A stretch of DNA of 63,833 bases, filler included, from Guillardia theta CCMP2712 (lineage: Eukaryota > Protista > Cryptophyta), in the NCBI RefSeq assembly GCF_000315625.1. It is 5 parts of 5 records of this genome, joined end to end, with 100 filler letters (N's around TTAATTAATTAA, not from the genome) between each part and the next. Parts side by side here need not be neighbours in the genome. Positions count along the whole stretch, not along the records: positions 1 to 31,894 come from NW_005434559.1; positions 31,995 to 47,522 come from NW_005434585.1; 3 more parts are not named here. One strand, 5' to 3'. A program made the translations under genes and the position numbers. Under the pieces are notes generated by a model. That model had not been told where the DNA came from and did no database searches. It saw only the letters and a list, made by a program, of their open reading frames with translations. Of this stretch, positions 23,713-36,600 are shown piece after piece (the stretch's first letter is position 1; each line of letters starts with the position of its first letter).

Positions 23713-24228
23713 ATGAAATCTCTGGAGAGCTCGTCGCGATCAACACTCAATGGCCTAGCACCTGAGTTCACTCCGACCAAGAAGAGCTGTCGATCTGCTC
23801 CAGTGACTCCGTGCAAGAACGATGCAAACGATGCCTGCTGGGAAGAAGCCTGTGCAGCTGCTCGCTGGTGGGCAGAGAAGCTGAGGCAACAGGATCAGTC
23901 GAGCTCCAACGGATTCGAGCATGCTCTTCGAGGGTTGATTCTCAGTCGGTGTCGAGGTCACTGGTACCCTCAAGATCCCCTCCGAGGAAGCGGCTTCAGG
24001 AGCATCGTCAACGACGTCTCTACAGACCCGATTCTCCTCGCTGCAGGAGAAGCGACAAGGATCCGAGATATCAGGAGCCGATTGCCGCAAGGAGTGATGT
24101 GGATCAACCCCAAGACCGTCAAGGTGAAACTGGAGGAGGATAGGTGGGCAGAGACCATCTTCAGCTGCAGCGCTGGCTCTTCCCATAGCTCTGCGAGTGC
24201 GTCGGAGGCCGAGGATGATGACACATAA
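23713..24228 (+). CDS. BTG/Tob family antiproliferative protein
   Basis: Box A HWYPQDPLRGSGFRSI and box B LPQGVMWINPKTVKV; intact single ORF. Confidence 0.9.
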   Translation: MKSLESSSRSTLNGLAPEFTPTKKSCRSAPVTPCKNDANDACWEEACAAARWWAEKLRQQDQSSSNGFEHALRGLILSRCRGHWYPQDPLRGSGFRSIVNDVSTDPILLAAGEATRIRDIRSRLPQGVMWINPKTVKVKLEEDRWAETIFSCSAGSSHSSASASEAEDDDT

Positions 24229-24479
24229 CTCTCAAACAGCAAGTCATTCCTCACTTCATGTATGTTCAAGTAGGCCGGCATGGCGTGTAATGATATCAAA
24301 CTTTGAGTATCAAAAAGTCAAAGAGGAAACTCAGAGGTGAAATTCTTGCAAGGGATCATCTGCATTCGCTTCCTGAGGGAGCCTCTACAACCTTGTGTGG
24401 ATCCGTTTCTAGGCTTCATGTTTAGGGAAGAAAGGGTCCATCTCCCGGATACAGCCTACCCAACACCTGCAGCTCGTCA

Positions 24480-26062
24480 CTAACACACACGTCCAGATGC
24501 CAATTCTCGACCAGCTGAGGGTCGGGGAAGAGCCGAAGAGCCTCGTCGTGATCTTTCTTCGCAACCACTCCGGGCATATCGTGGGTCTACGGCGTCGGCA
24601 TCAAAGTCAAGGAAGGGATCAGGCAAGGCTGACCGTTGGCTGTTGTAAGGAGAGTTGGAAGTGCAGATGGGGCGGCCAACCTCCATTCTCGTCGCTCCCT
24701 GGCACTCTGTCATGTTCCAAGCTTCAATCAGCAAGCCTGCCTCACCTCCCACGAAAGCGAGGAGGTCTCCAGCGCGAACTTCCTTGCCCTCGTACAGGCG
24801 ACTCCTGGTAAGCTCTCAGTCGCCCGACATGCAACTTCCTCAGGGGCGAACATGCTCTTGGCAGATAGATGACCGTAGAGGGCCCAAACCCGATGGCCGT
24901 TTATATTGTGCTCAGTGACAATCACATGCCCTGCTGCTGCTTCAGCTCCAGCACCTCCTAAGCGGAGTCACCATAGTCTCCCGGCGAAGGGTTGAAGCCG
25001 AACTTGTACACACGCCCGTCAAAAAAGCTGCGGATGGGGGTGCCAACAGCAGCTGGCAAGCGACAAGCTCTGTCATACATCGACTCTCTGCTCGACTCTC
25101 CCTCTACCGCCGATGTCGATGCCCACGTGAATGTTGCGCAAGCCGTCGAAACCTTGAACTCTATCGACAGACTGCGAAGTGAGTTACAAGCTTGAGCGAG
25201 AAACCCTGAACCTCTACCTGAAGCAGCCTCTCGTACATGGCTGGCCTCATCTCGTTGTACCTGCAACGCCATCATTCGGGGCGATAGGGACAGGAAGTCT
25301 TTCACCTTCCAATGTCCATCTTTCCTTGTAAGACAGGAAACATCTGCATCCAACACCTGTGTGACCTCGCTGACTGTCAGCCGGCATCATCACCTGGCCG
25401 ATCCATCGCCTGACCCTGCCAGCAGCGTCACTAGCGTCAAGCTTGTCCCGGGCTCACCTCAACAACATTGTTGTCGATGTTTCTCCTCCAGTGAAGTCTC
25501 GCACGAAGTATCCTCGCTCGCTGGTCTCGCTCGCCATCAGGTCCACGCAGAAACCCTTCCTCGCTCACCGGTAGGGCATCACCGGGTAATACTCGTGTCC
25601 CTCAAAGATGCTCGCATGCTCTTCCCGCCTTCCCACCATCAGGCACGTTTTCTTCCTATCATCTCAACAACACCCGCATCTTGCCGAGTCCTCATGCCTG
25701 CTAACGTTCAGCTCCGATCAGTGTAGGGCAGAGCCAACCTGACAGACGTCTTGAGGCGCTCAACCGCCTCAAGCTCCGCTCTGCCTCAACATGTTTGTCA
25801 GCGCGTCCACAGCATGATCCTCGAGGCACCTTAGCGTCTGACACTTTCGCTCGAGCTCATCTAGGCTTGGGGGTCCGTCAGATCTGCATGAGTCCCTCAC
25901 TCCTCACCAGCAAGCCTGGCGACAAAGGGAACAGGGAGCCCGCAGACGAGGCGACGAGGAGAGGGGAGCGAAAGCTACGAGAGCGGATGAGAACCTGGAA
26001 GAGTGTGGGAAGGTGAAGACAAGGAGGAGGAGGAGGAGGAGACGAGGCTTCACTTCCAGCAT
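24480..26062 (-). CDS. Multi-exon hypothetical protein with a putative bipartite plastid-targeting presequence
   Basis: [18 protein letters not shown]...SALVAFAPLSSSPRLR (signal peptide plus AFAP motif and S/R-rich transit peptide); many short GT-AG introns; no domain recognised. Confidence 0.45.
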
Positions 26063-26233
26063 AGGCAGCTGCGCCCACATCTGAAATTTCGATCGATATC
26101 GATTTATTGACTGAAAAAGAAGGGCAAATTTCAGTGCAAACCGTCCAGCCGGGATCGGAGCCGGTGGGCCGGCCGGGCCCGGAAGCTCCGCTGGTGAGTG
26201 CACGCGGCAACACCGGTGACCGTGACCTCATAC

Positions 26234-26312
26234 TTTACTCAAAGTTAAGTTAAAAATCAGTACGAGGACAATAATGAGAGTCGAGGAGGCGTGACCCTGA
26301 CACTACTATAGA
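26234..26312 (+). repeat. Dispersed TTTACTCAAAG motif, long copy extending into AGTCGAGGAGGCGTGACCCT...CTATAG
   Basis: First 39 nt match the copy at 8540; the downstream part matches 50026-50056. Confidence 0.9.
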
Positions 26313-26356
26313 CATTGAACCGATGAAATTGATATAAGCCTGATGAACAGATTTAT

Positions 26357-28096
26357 TCATGAGCCGATCAGTTCTTCTACCACCCTGTCGCTGCAAGTGA
26401 GGTGCGACTCTGATGATGTCCGAGGCTCCCTCCGACTCCTTACCTGTTCACGTCTCCGTTGTGTCTATCCAGCAGGCGCTGAGCAGCAAGTCAGGGGAGG
26501 TAGGAGGCTCCTTTCGTTGCTCACTTGGTTACGCTCGACGTCATGGAATCCCATGCTAGCTAAGTTGGCCATGGCGGCAGCGTCGCTGCGTCGCGGCTCT
26601 AATGGCATAGAGAAGTAACTTAATAGTGACAAGAGTATCTCTCAAGGGACCTGCAGCCCTGCCCGGCTGACGTTGGAGCAGCCCGTGATCCCCTGCCATG
26701 AAGGGCTTAGCAAGACCCAGCCTCTACGCGCATCCTCCTCCTGCCTGACTGTCGATGAGCCCCGTTGTCAGCATGCCTCTGAAAGATCTACAGTCAGCCA
26801 CCGGGCAATGACGACCAGCAGCGTCAAACCTGTTGTACCCGAGGCCTCCCCTGCAGAGGGCGAGCTGCTGCATCAGTTGGACCATCCAGGAAGGGAAGGA
26901 AGAGAGCAGAGGAAAGACGGTAGATCCAAGTCGGCAACATGTACTTCCTCAACCCCAACACATTCCATCTGAACAAAGAATCCATGAGCTGTCACGAAGA
27001 TTTAGAGTGAATGTTTGGAACCTGTACATGATGCCGGTCAAGATACCGGAAGCAGCTGCCAATTGAGATGGTCTAGAGAGCGAGCAAGACAGCTTTTGCA
27101 GTTTTTGTAACTGAGACGAAGAGAAGCAAGTCGGTACAAACCTGCACGGCCAGGAGGTAGATGAATGATTTGTTGCTGAAGTTCAATCCAAACATCTGCA
27201 TTGACTGCGAGACAGGAATCTCGAAGTAATACTTGGGTTTGTTGTTACGCACTCGCTTATGCATAATCTCAAACACCTGAACAAGACTTGCGAAGATCAG
27301 CCCGTAAGGACCAGACGCAACCTGGACATCAAGTGACTCTCATGATTCTTGCTTCTTTCGTTCCTGTGCTACCTGCATCACCAAGCTCTGCCTCCATGAG
27401 CGCTGGAAGAACAACGTTCCAGTCCCCACGATAGCGCTGTCATGCAAGTATATTCATTGAGCCTGCCAGGCAGCTGTTCTCCTTCACCTCAAGGTTTTCG
27501 CTACGACCACGAACGCACCGAACTTCTTCGAGCCCCTTGAAGATCAGGTCAGCTTAGCACAAGTCAGTCTCCCTCCCAGCTCCACTACCAGTGCCGCTCA
27601 AACTGACGGAAGGTATACATCAGAACCATCCCAAGAATCTGCATCAACACCGTCAAAGCTAGTAGACAGCAACGTTGAACGTACAAGCTCGCTTGCTGTG
27701 GAAAAGAAAAATTGGTATGTGATGACTCGCCAGACCTGACGGCGACCAAGCAGCTGGTACGAAGTAACAGCAACTAAGTCAGACAATGAAGGGTTTGATG
27801 AATGTATGCGTACGCACCCCTTCGCTGTCAAGTTCCAATAGCTTTCCGACCTGATGAACACGGATCAAACAATCTCATAGCGTGTCAAAAAGCTTGCCTT
27901 CATGGCCGAACACGTGATGGTCGCAATTGCCGACAAGCCCATGAGGCCCTAGGGCTGATGTCAGAGCTTATTTCGCTTCTTTGAAATGTTCAGCCATAGA
28001 CAACAAGTGAAGAATGGTTCGAGCGAAAAGGAGCGGCGTCACAGGTAACTCGAGATTGATCACCTTCGAAACTGGTGCATTGTGAAATCCTGACAT
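26357..28096 (-). CDS. Rhomboid-like pseudoprotease with C-terminal UBA domain (UBAC2/Dsc2/plant RBL20-like)
   Basis: [11 protein letters not shown] start; [18 protein letters not shown]; [16 protein letters not shown]; [30 protein letters not shown]; UBA-like ANLASMGF near the C-terminus. Confidence 0.85.
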
Positions 28097-28299
28097 GCTG
28101 CACCTTGACAATTTGTCTGTATTGCTATTCACCATGAAGCTGTCAGGAAACAAGCAGAAACAACTTGGGATGATAACCCGCTTGTTCCACGTTACAACGC
28201 AGCGGGTTAAGTTTTGAGCTAAGCGCTTCAAATATCTCAACCTCATCGTATCAGACATGACAGCATCGTACTACCGCCCCCCTTCCCCTTCTCTCACTC

Positions 28300-28400
28300 C
28301 CCTTCCCTTCCCTTCCCTTCCCTTCCCTTCCCTTCCCTTCCCTTCCCTTCCCTTCCCTTCCCTTCCCTTCCCTTCCCTTCCCTTCCCTTCCCTTCCCTTC
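28300..28400. repeat. (CCCTT)n pentanucleotide microsatellite
   Basis: Direct inspection. Confidence 0.95.
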
Positions 28401-28559
28401 TCTCTTCTTCTCTGTTCGCCCTGCAAGCTCATTCCAAGAAACCACATGTCCCCTCTTGCCCAGCCAGCGGCCGGCCCGACCGCCGGCCCGGCAAGACCAC
28501 TGAGCCTCCGACACTGAGTCAAGGCCACATCCGGGCCTGGGATCTGCGATCCGACGGTG

Positions 28560-31500
28560 GGCGGAGAGCTCGACACCACTGGGGTGTCCGAGCTCGCCTG
28601 CCTCCGATGCCGCACAGCCCCGGTCCCTCGGCATTGATGCGGCGTCGCCGCTCCGAGTCCGGTCCGTCACGGGTCACTGGCGGTAGTAGGCGAGATCACC
28701 ACCACCCGTCCGCCGGGCGTGCCCCGAGTACCCGGCTGACTCGGAGGCCCTAGTGAGGAGGCCCCCTGGGGCCAGCCGCTGAGCCTCCCTCTGTCCGCTG
28801 CCCCAGGCGGACACCCGGGCAGCGCCGGCCCCTTCCCAAGTCTCTTGCGGCTCGACACCACTGGGGTGCTTGCTGCTGGTCCGAGCTCGCCTGCTTCCAA
28901 GTTCCTCCCCGGCATCGGTCGGGTCACGCCGGTCCTTGGGCATTGCCGCGGCGTCGCCGCCGTCACGGGCGGCTACCGCTGACTCGGCTACCGCTGACTC
29001 GGAGGCTAGCGAGGAGGACTACCTCGAGCGGTACCGTCACACGGTTCCTGTGTCCAGCCTCCCTCCGTCCGCTGCCCCAGGCGGACCCCCGGGCAGCGCC
29101 GGCTCCTTGTCGGCGGCTGCCCTTTCTCCGTCCGCGGCCGCCCGCTTTGTGGCGGGAGCGGACGTCTCGACTGACAGTGGTCAGTCGGCTGCCTCCGGGT
29201 ATCGCGTCTAAGGGATTTTATTCCTCCTGCATGCTCCTGCTGCTTCTGCCAGTAAATCCTATACAAGCTTGTTGCTTGATTGCTTGACCCTTAGGCTGCT
29301 TGTCTGCGCGGCTTGCGCTTGGGCTGGCGGTGCCGCGTCTGGGTGCCAGCAGTGCTGGTTCTTTTCGGGCTTGTGATTGTGCAGCTTCTCGCTGTGGACT
29401 GTGTGCCTGCCGGTTCAGCTTGTTCCTGCTTTGTTTTGCTTGAGGCACTTTTTACCTTCTGTCAGTAAATCCTGGAGGAAGAAGCGCAGCTTCTGGAGAT
29501 GGCTCGCCCTCACCAGCGTCTTGAACATGAAGCCATGCTGGACGAGCCCGAGCTTCGAGAGCTCTTCGTTGAGGGTAGAAACCTTCGCTCGGAGCTGACT
29601 AGCATGAAATCCATCCGTGCCGATAGGCAGGCCGCCAAGTGTAATCCCGCTGCTTCCTCCCCGGCATCGGTCGGGTCACGCCGGTCCTTGGGCATTGCCG
29701 CGGCGTCGCCGCCGTCACGGGCGGCCCTACCGCTGACTCGGCTACCGCTGACTCGGAGGCTAGCGAGGAGGACTACCTCGAGCGGTACCGTGTTCCTGTG
29801 TCCAGCCTCCCTCCGTCCGCTGCCCCAGGCGGACCCCCGGGCCGCAGCGCCGGCTCCTTGTCGGCGGCTGCCCTTTCTCCGTCCGCGGCCGCCCGATTTG
29901 TGGCGGCAGCGGACGTCTCGACTGACAGTGGTCAGTCGGACGGTCGGCTGCCTCCGGGTATCGCGTCTAAGGGATTTTATTCCTCCTGCATGCTCCTGCT
30001 GCTTGTTGCTTGATTGCTTGACCCTTAGGCTGCTTGTCTGCGCGGCTTCGCGTTTGGGCTGGCGCTGCCGCGTCTGGGTGCCAGCAGTGCTGGTTCTTTT
30101 CGGGCTTGTGTTTTGTGTGTGATTGTGCAGCTTCTCGCTGTGGACTGTGTGCCTGGAGGTTTAGCTTGTTCCTGCTTTGTTTTGCTTGAGGCACTTTTTA
30201 CCTTCTGCCAGTAAATCCTATACATCCGCCAGTGACGACCTCGAAGTGAAGAAGTTGAGTCTTGAGACGGCGCTGCCGCGTCTGGGTGCCAGCAGTGCTG
30301 GTTCTTTTCGGGCTTGTGTTTTGTGTGTGTTTGTGCAGCTTCTCGCTGTGGACTGTGNNNNNNNNNNNNNNNNNNNNNNNNNNNNNNNNNNNNNNNNNNN
30401 NNNNNNNNNNNNNNNNNNNNNNNNNNNNNNNNNNNNNNNNNNNNNNNNNNNNNNNNNTGCTTTGTTTTGCTTGAGGCACTTTTTACCTTCTGCCAGTAAA
30501 TCCTATGCTGGCACCCAGACGCGGCATCGCCAGCCCAAGCGCGAAGCCGCGCAGACAAGCAGCCTAAGGGTCAAGCAATCAAGCAACAAGCAGCAGGAGC
30601 ATGCAGGAGGAATAAAATCCCTTAGACGCGATACCCGGAGGCAGCCGACTGACCACTGTCAGTCGAGACGTCCGCTGCCGCCACAAAGCGGGCGGCCGCG
30701 GACGGAGAAAGGGCAGCCGCCGACAAGGAGCCGGCGTTGCCCGGGGGTCCGCCTGGGGCAGCGGACGGAGGGAGGCTGGACACATGAACAAGAAGGCGCA
30801 CACTTTGGTTGCAGAAGCCATGCCAGTAAATCCTATACATACTCGTCCTCCTCGCTAGCCTCCGAGTCAGCAGTAGCCGAGTCAGCGGTAGCCCTTCACT
30901 TCGAGGTCGTCACTGGCGGGATTACACTTGGCGGCCTGCCTATCGGCACGGATGGATTTCATGCTAGTCAGCTCCGAGCGAAGGTCTCTACCCTCAACGA
31001 CGAGCTCTCGAAGCTCGGGCTCGTCCAGCATGGCTTCATGTTCAAGACGCTGGTGAGGGCGAGCCATCTCCAGAAGCTGCGCTTCTTCCTCCAGGGGTCA
31101 TCTCCGTTTCTCCCGCGGGTCCAGTCACAGATTCGTCGCTTTGACCTCTCTGTCCACCTGGCGCTTGAGAAATACCACCGCTGGCCTTCCTCGCAGTACC
31201 TCGCCGCGCATCCCGACCTGCTAGAGTTTGCGAGGTTCAAGCGGGAGCTTCCGCATAGTCGGGGAGGGGACGAGTTCACGCCCTCTGAGGGTCTACACCC
31301 CGCTGTTTACTATACGGCTATCGCTCGCTTCCTCGCTTGGTACTCTGACCAGCCCATGTCCCGGATGTTGCCCTCTCCTCATAGCCTGGACGTTCACTGC
31401 TCGAGATCTCTCCGTGCCCAGAAGCATCCTCTGGCGACCTTCTTCGTTGAGGCGCACGACTTCGTTCATAATGCTGGAGCGATCCTCTACCGTCGTGTGA

Positions 31501-31894
31501 AGGCTCCTGCACCGGCTGCAGATGGCGCGGCGATCCCACCTGCCCCGGCTGCTGTGCCTGATGACGCAGGACGCCCCCCGGCATCTGTGGTACACATCCC
31601 TGGTGCACTTTTTACCTTCTGCCAGTAAATCCTATGCTTGTTTGCGCGCTCTCGTCGACTCGTCTCATGAGCACTTCATTCCTCCCCCTGCGCAGCGAAA
31701 TGTGACCCCTCTTGTCATGCGCGTCTTCCCTCGCCATGTGCATGCTCGCGCTGCGCTGACCGATCAGCAGCGTGATATCCTCACCTTGCACAGCCGCAGG
31801 ACACACTCGCTCAAGTCGCAGGATAGGGTCTTGTAGAGGATTTACTGGCAGAAGATAAAAAGTGCCTCAAGCAAAACAAAGCAGGAACAAGCTG
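28560..31894. mobile_element. Nested/scrambled cluster of a non-LTR retrotransposon family (CRE-like), fragments in both orientations
   Basis: Recurrent ORF end (...SEEDYLERYRVPVSS...SAASGYRV*) plus a ~270-bp 3' UTR ending AGTAAATCCTATACA. RT-thumb-like ORF segment at 30895-31605: GITLGGLPIGTDGF...LRAKVSTL...LQKLRFFL...IRRFD...LPHSRGG. Confidence 0.7.
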
Positions 31895-31938
31895 NNNNNN
31901 NNNNNNNNNNNNNNNNNNNNNNNNNNNNNNNNNNNNNN

Positions 31939-31950
31939 TTAATTAATTAA
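31939..31950. other. Assembly spacer TTAATTAATTAA within an N gap (also 47567-47578, 60783-60794, 62517-62528)
   Basis: Identical 12-mer embedded in N runs; provides stop codons in all frames. Confidence 0.95.
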
Positions 31951-32700
31951 NNNNNNNNNNNNNNNNNNNNNNNNNNNNNNNNNNNNNNNNNNNNGGATAC
32001 AACTAGAGACACAAGTCAGACGCTGCATGTCATGAATATCCTCATCTCCTTCCCCCCGTTCACAGTTTCGGTTCGTTACCATCATCATCAGTGCAGTCAT
32101 CATCATCATCGTATCATAGTTGTAAGCATGTCGTCATCGTCGTCATAACCATAACTATCATCTCACAGATAGATACAAAGTATCGTGTTAAGACAGCTAC
32201 TTGCCGACAAGGGCTAGATGAAAAACAAAAGCTCTATGATACTTCGAATCTGATCCATCGAACCATGTTTCAAATCCATCTACACTCCCATCTGTTTCCT
32301 GTGCTCACGCACTCACGATGCCTTCCTTCGCTCCTAACAAGTTTGCCCCGCGTCTCCTTGCTGGAAGACTGCTTCCATCTTCATCCCATTAGCTTTTCCA
32401 GGAAACTTCTTTGGAACTGCCCTGATGGCTCAACAAATTTTTTTGACTTCTTTTCATCTTCTACATTCTCATTCTTGTCCTCTCATGACGGGAGATGATT
32501 TCTCTCACCTTCTCCTACCTCTCTCATCTCTTGCACAAGTCTTCTCCCCTATCACTTATGGATTATCTACTGCCACTGCTTCTTACTCGTACTGTTCCTC
32601 TAAATCCTTCCATTCACCATATCTCCCACCCTGTCTCTCTTACTCCTTTGATTCATCCTCCTCGTTCTCCTCTTATCCTTTGCAATATTCTTCGTTCACA

Positions 32701-32752
32701 GCATCATCATCATCATCCTCATCCTCCTCCTCCTCATCATCATCATCATCAT

Positions 32753-32790
<38 letters not shown>

Positions 32791-32811
32791 GCATCATCAG
32801 CATCATCCTCC

Positions 32812-32865
<54 letters not shown>

Positions 32866-32902
32866 GCATCATCAGCATCATCAGCATCATCATCATCATC
32901 AG

Positions 32903-32976
<74 letters not shown>

Positions 32977-33027
32977 CCATCATCATCAGCATCAGCATCA
33001 TCATCATCATCATCATCAGCATCATCC
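32701..33027. repeat. (CAT)n-based compound microsatellite
   Basis: Direct inspection. Confidence 0.95.
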
Positions 33028-33655
33028 ATGCTTTGTCTTACCATGGAGATCATGGTGGCAGGAATGCGAAGAGGCGCCTTCCGTTACAATATCAGTTGCA
33101 TTTGAGGCTGGCCCCTGACAAGCGAGGCGGGCCCTATCACTCTACTTTAACTGACTTTGACTTGGTAGTCACTGACCGTACCGTAGTACCGGGGACTTCA
33201 CGGCGGCCCGGGCCGGCCGACGCCCGTCAGTTGTGACTCAGGCCGGCGGCTGCCTGCGCGGGCTGGCACTCACGGGCCAAGTTGGCGACTAGGCAGAGAC
33301 AGTGCGATCACTACGGAGAGCTCTGCGAGATCAAGTTCAACCCACACATTATTACAATCATCAAGTACCTTCGACCCCCTCCCCCCCACCCCTCCCGGGC
33401 CCCTCCTCCTCCTCCNNNNNNNNNNNNNNNNNNNNNNNNNNNNNNNNNNNNNNNNNNNNNNNNNNNNNNNNNNNNNNNNNNNNNNNNNNNNNNNNNNNNN
33501 NNNNNNNNNNNNNNNNNNNNNNNNNNNNNNNNNNNNNNNNNNNNNNNNNNNNNNNNNNNNNNNNNNNNNNNNNNNNNNNNNNNNNNNNNCCTCCTCCTCC
33601 TCCTCCTCCTCCTCCTCCTCCTCCTGGGCCTCCTATCTGTGATTTTCTTCTGGCC

Positions 33656-36600
33656 CTACGATCTCTCCTGCCCTCCAACGTCTTCCAGGTGGCCTCGGGC
33701 ATCGCGCACGTAGCCGATCACCTCCGCAACCCCATCGAAGAATTCAGGCAGCTTCCTGCAGGACCGACGTTACATTTCGCTCCTCTCCCCTCATACTCTC
33801 CTCCCCTTCTCCTCCTCCCTTTCCTTCCTTCCACGCTCTCCCTTGCTCCCGTACCTTCCGCGGGGAGGGATCGCGATCTTGCTCCTCGGGTAGCAGGTCG
33901 CCATGTCGACGGAGCGGATGGCGTCCGGCATGGAGGAGTTTGCCTGGATGACGATGGACTGAGCCTTGCGGAGGTAGGAGACCGGTTGCTCCTCTTCCCC
34001 GTAGCGGGGGAAGAAGGGGTACTCTCCTATGTGGAGCCAGACGCGGGAGTGATGCGAGTAGGAGGCGTCCTGCATGTCCTCGCGCTCCGCCTGCAGGCCG
34101 ACATGCACGGAGAGCAGGTTGCCAAGGAGCAGCTCCGAGCGCTGTGGGAGGGTCAGGGATGAAGGAGGAAGGCGAGGGGGGAGGAAAGCTGGGGGGGGGG
34201 GGGGGAGTTGGGAGAGGAGGAGGAAGAAAGCAGGGAAGAGGAGAGAATGGAAAGAGGAGGTAATGGGAGGCAGGAGGCAGGAGGCAGGAGGCAGGAGGCA
34301 GGAGGCAGGAGGCAGGAGGCAGGAGAGGAGTTCGCACTTGAAATTCGCTGCTCATTGTGACGTCAAATCCCATCCACTTCACGGTTCCCTTGCCATTGTG
34401 AATGGCCTTGGGCTCGAAGAAACAGTGCTCCTGCTCCATGGCAGACTCCCAACCTGAACTCGTTCACTGAGGACAAGCAAGGAGGAAGGATGACGAGGAG
34501 GGGGGAAGCGGAGGACGAACAGCAGCAAGGGCGGAGAAGATAGCATTGTTGTTGTCGTAGTCGTAGATGCTACTTCAGAAGTGGGAGGAGAGCAAGAGGA
34601 GGAGGAGCAGGAGGGGGGGGAGCAGGAGCAGGAGGAGCAAGAGGAGGAGGATCAGCAGGAGGAGCAAGAGCATCAACAGGAGGAGGAGCAGGAGGAGCAG
34701 GAAGAGTAGGAGGGACCCCACGGGCTTTTCTACTCACCAACCCAGGAAGCTCTTCTGAGGTCCATCAAGCATTCGCCCAACCTGATGGAGGAGTCAAGGA
34801 GGGATGGAAGAGGACTAAGAGGAACGAAGGAGGAGAGAAGGAGAGGAGGAGAGGAGGAGAGGAAGAGAGGAGGAGAGGAGGAGAGCAAGGGTTGGGACCT
34901 CTGCTTGTTCCTGGTGTCGAGGAAGCGAACTACGACCAGGTCGCTCTCCGATCGCTTCAGGAAAGTCTCAAGTCCTGACTTGCTCGTCGGGTTGCGGTTG
35001 CCCAACATGTTGCTCTCAGCCGTCATGTGGTCCTGCGGGGGAAGAGAGGGAGGGAAGAAAAGATGAGATCGAGGAAGAAACAAGTTGAAGAAATGAAGGA
35101 GAGGAAGAGAGGAGGAGAGGAGGAGAGGAGGAGAGGAGGAGAGGAGGAGAGGAGGAGACATGTGGGAAGAAGAAGGGAGGCAGAAGACGGGAGGATGGTA
35201 GGACCAAGGGGAGGAGCAGGAGAGGTTTGAGAGCAAGAGCACCTGGTAGTAGAGTCCTTCCGTCTTCCTGGTGACTTGGATGCTGTGCACGAGCTGGGGA
35301 TGGGATGCCCAGCCCTTGGCCTGGACTCGCTTCATGTCCTGCCTCCTCTTCATGTTGCGCTGCCGATGGAGGACCGCGAACGGCTGCTGCTCCTCCCACT
35401 CCTTGTATTCCTTCTGCTCCTTCAGGATGGGCTTCGCCGCGCCCACGAATCTCGTCGACATCTTCGTCCTCAGGGCCGTGTAGAGCTTGAGCCAGTAGGC
35501 CATCTTGAGCACCTGCTGCAGGGTAAGGTGGAGGAGAGGCGAGGGGAGGCGAGGGGAGGCGAGAGGAGGCGAGGCGAGGAGAGGAGAGGAGACGAGAGGA
35601 GACGAGACGAGACGAGAGGAGACGAGAGGAGACGAGACGAGACGAGACGAGTCAACCTGCTTCATCCTAGCTCTTCGAGAAATCAGTTCGCTCGATGGAA
35701 CGATCTCCGGCTTCCTCCAGTAGACGATGATGCTCATCACATCGTCCCACCTACATGACAGAGGCTCAGAAGAGGCTGGGAGCAGGAGCAAGGAGCAAGG
35801 AGCAAGGAGCAAGGAGCAAGGAGCAAGGAGCAAGGAGCACCTGACAAAGTTGATGTAGGATCGGGTGGTCCTGATCTTGAAGACGTCAAGAAGGGAGTAC
35901 CAGAGCGAGGACCTCCTCTGCTCAACCATGTCGCTGTGCTGCTTCAAGCACAGGTTCAGCTCTGCGCGGATCAGCCACTCGTATGCCCTCTCGTCGCTGC
36001 CGTGCAGGAAGAAGCGCTCCTCCTCCTCCTTCCACCCGTACGCCTTCCCCACCGTCTCCTCCGGGTACAGCTTCAGCGCCTCCCTGTCCTGCAGGCGGAA
36101 GCCAACGGGGTGGTTGATGTTGCAGAGGAAGGTGGAGAGGTGGTAGAGCTGAATGTTCACGCAGCCCCTTGACAGGCGCTGGAAAGTCCCGCCGATCTCT
36201 TCTAGCTGCTCCGCAGTTGCTCCCTTGGTCCAGTCGTCGTCCTGCTTCTGATCGACCTCGTCGGTGATGAAGCTGAAGAAGCGTCAGGGAAAGCAGGAAA
36301 GAGCTTCTTGATGATGATGATGATGATGATGATGACGATGATAAGGAGGGGGACGAGGAGGACGAGGAGGACGAGGAGGAGGACGAGGAGGAGGATGGTG
36401 TGGTGATGATAATGATGATCATGATGATAAAGAAGAAGAAGAAGAAGAAGAAGGCTGGTGATCATTATGATGCGAGTTAAAGGTAGGATGAAGGAGAGGA
36501 GAGGAAAGTAGTAAGGTGGAGAGGAATGAAGCGAAGGAATGAAGAAGGGGAGGAAGAGGAGGAGGGAGAGAAGAAATCATCAACCAACCTGAAGTTCTCT

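Noticed and set aside
24300-24309. Additional copy of the TTTACTCAAAG motif (ACTTTGAGTA)
   Set aside because: Only a 10-bp match in an AT-rich 3' region; could be chance.
29970-30224. LTR of an LTR retrotransposon (terminus reads TGTA.../...TACA)
   Set aside because: No paired LTRs, convincing PBS/PPT, gag or integrase were seen. The linked ORF resembles a non-LTR RT thumb region, and copies share the 3' end with variable 5' ends.
31939-31950. TTAATTAATTAA palindromes recurring four times as a biological site
   Set aside because: Always embedded in N runs; an assembly spacer.
32425-33118. Poly-His/Ser/Asp/Met ORFs
   Set aside because: Translations of a (CAT)n microsatellite; no coding evidence.
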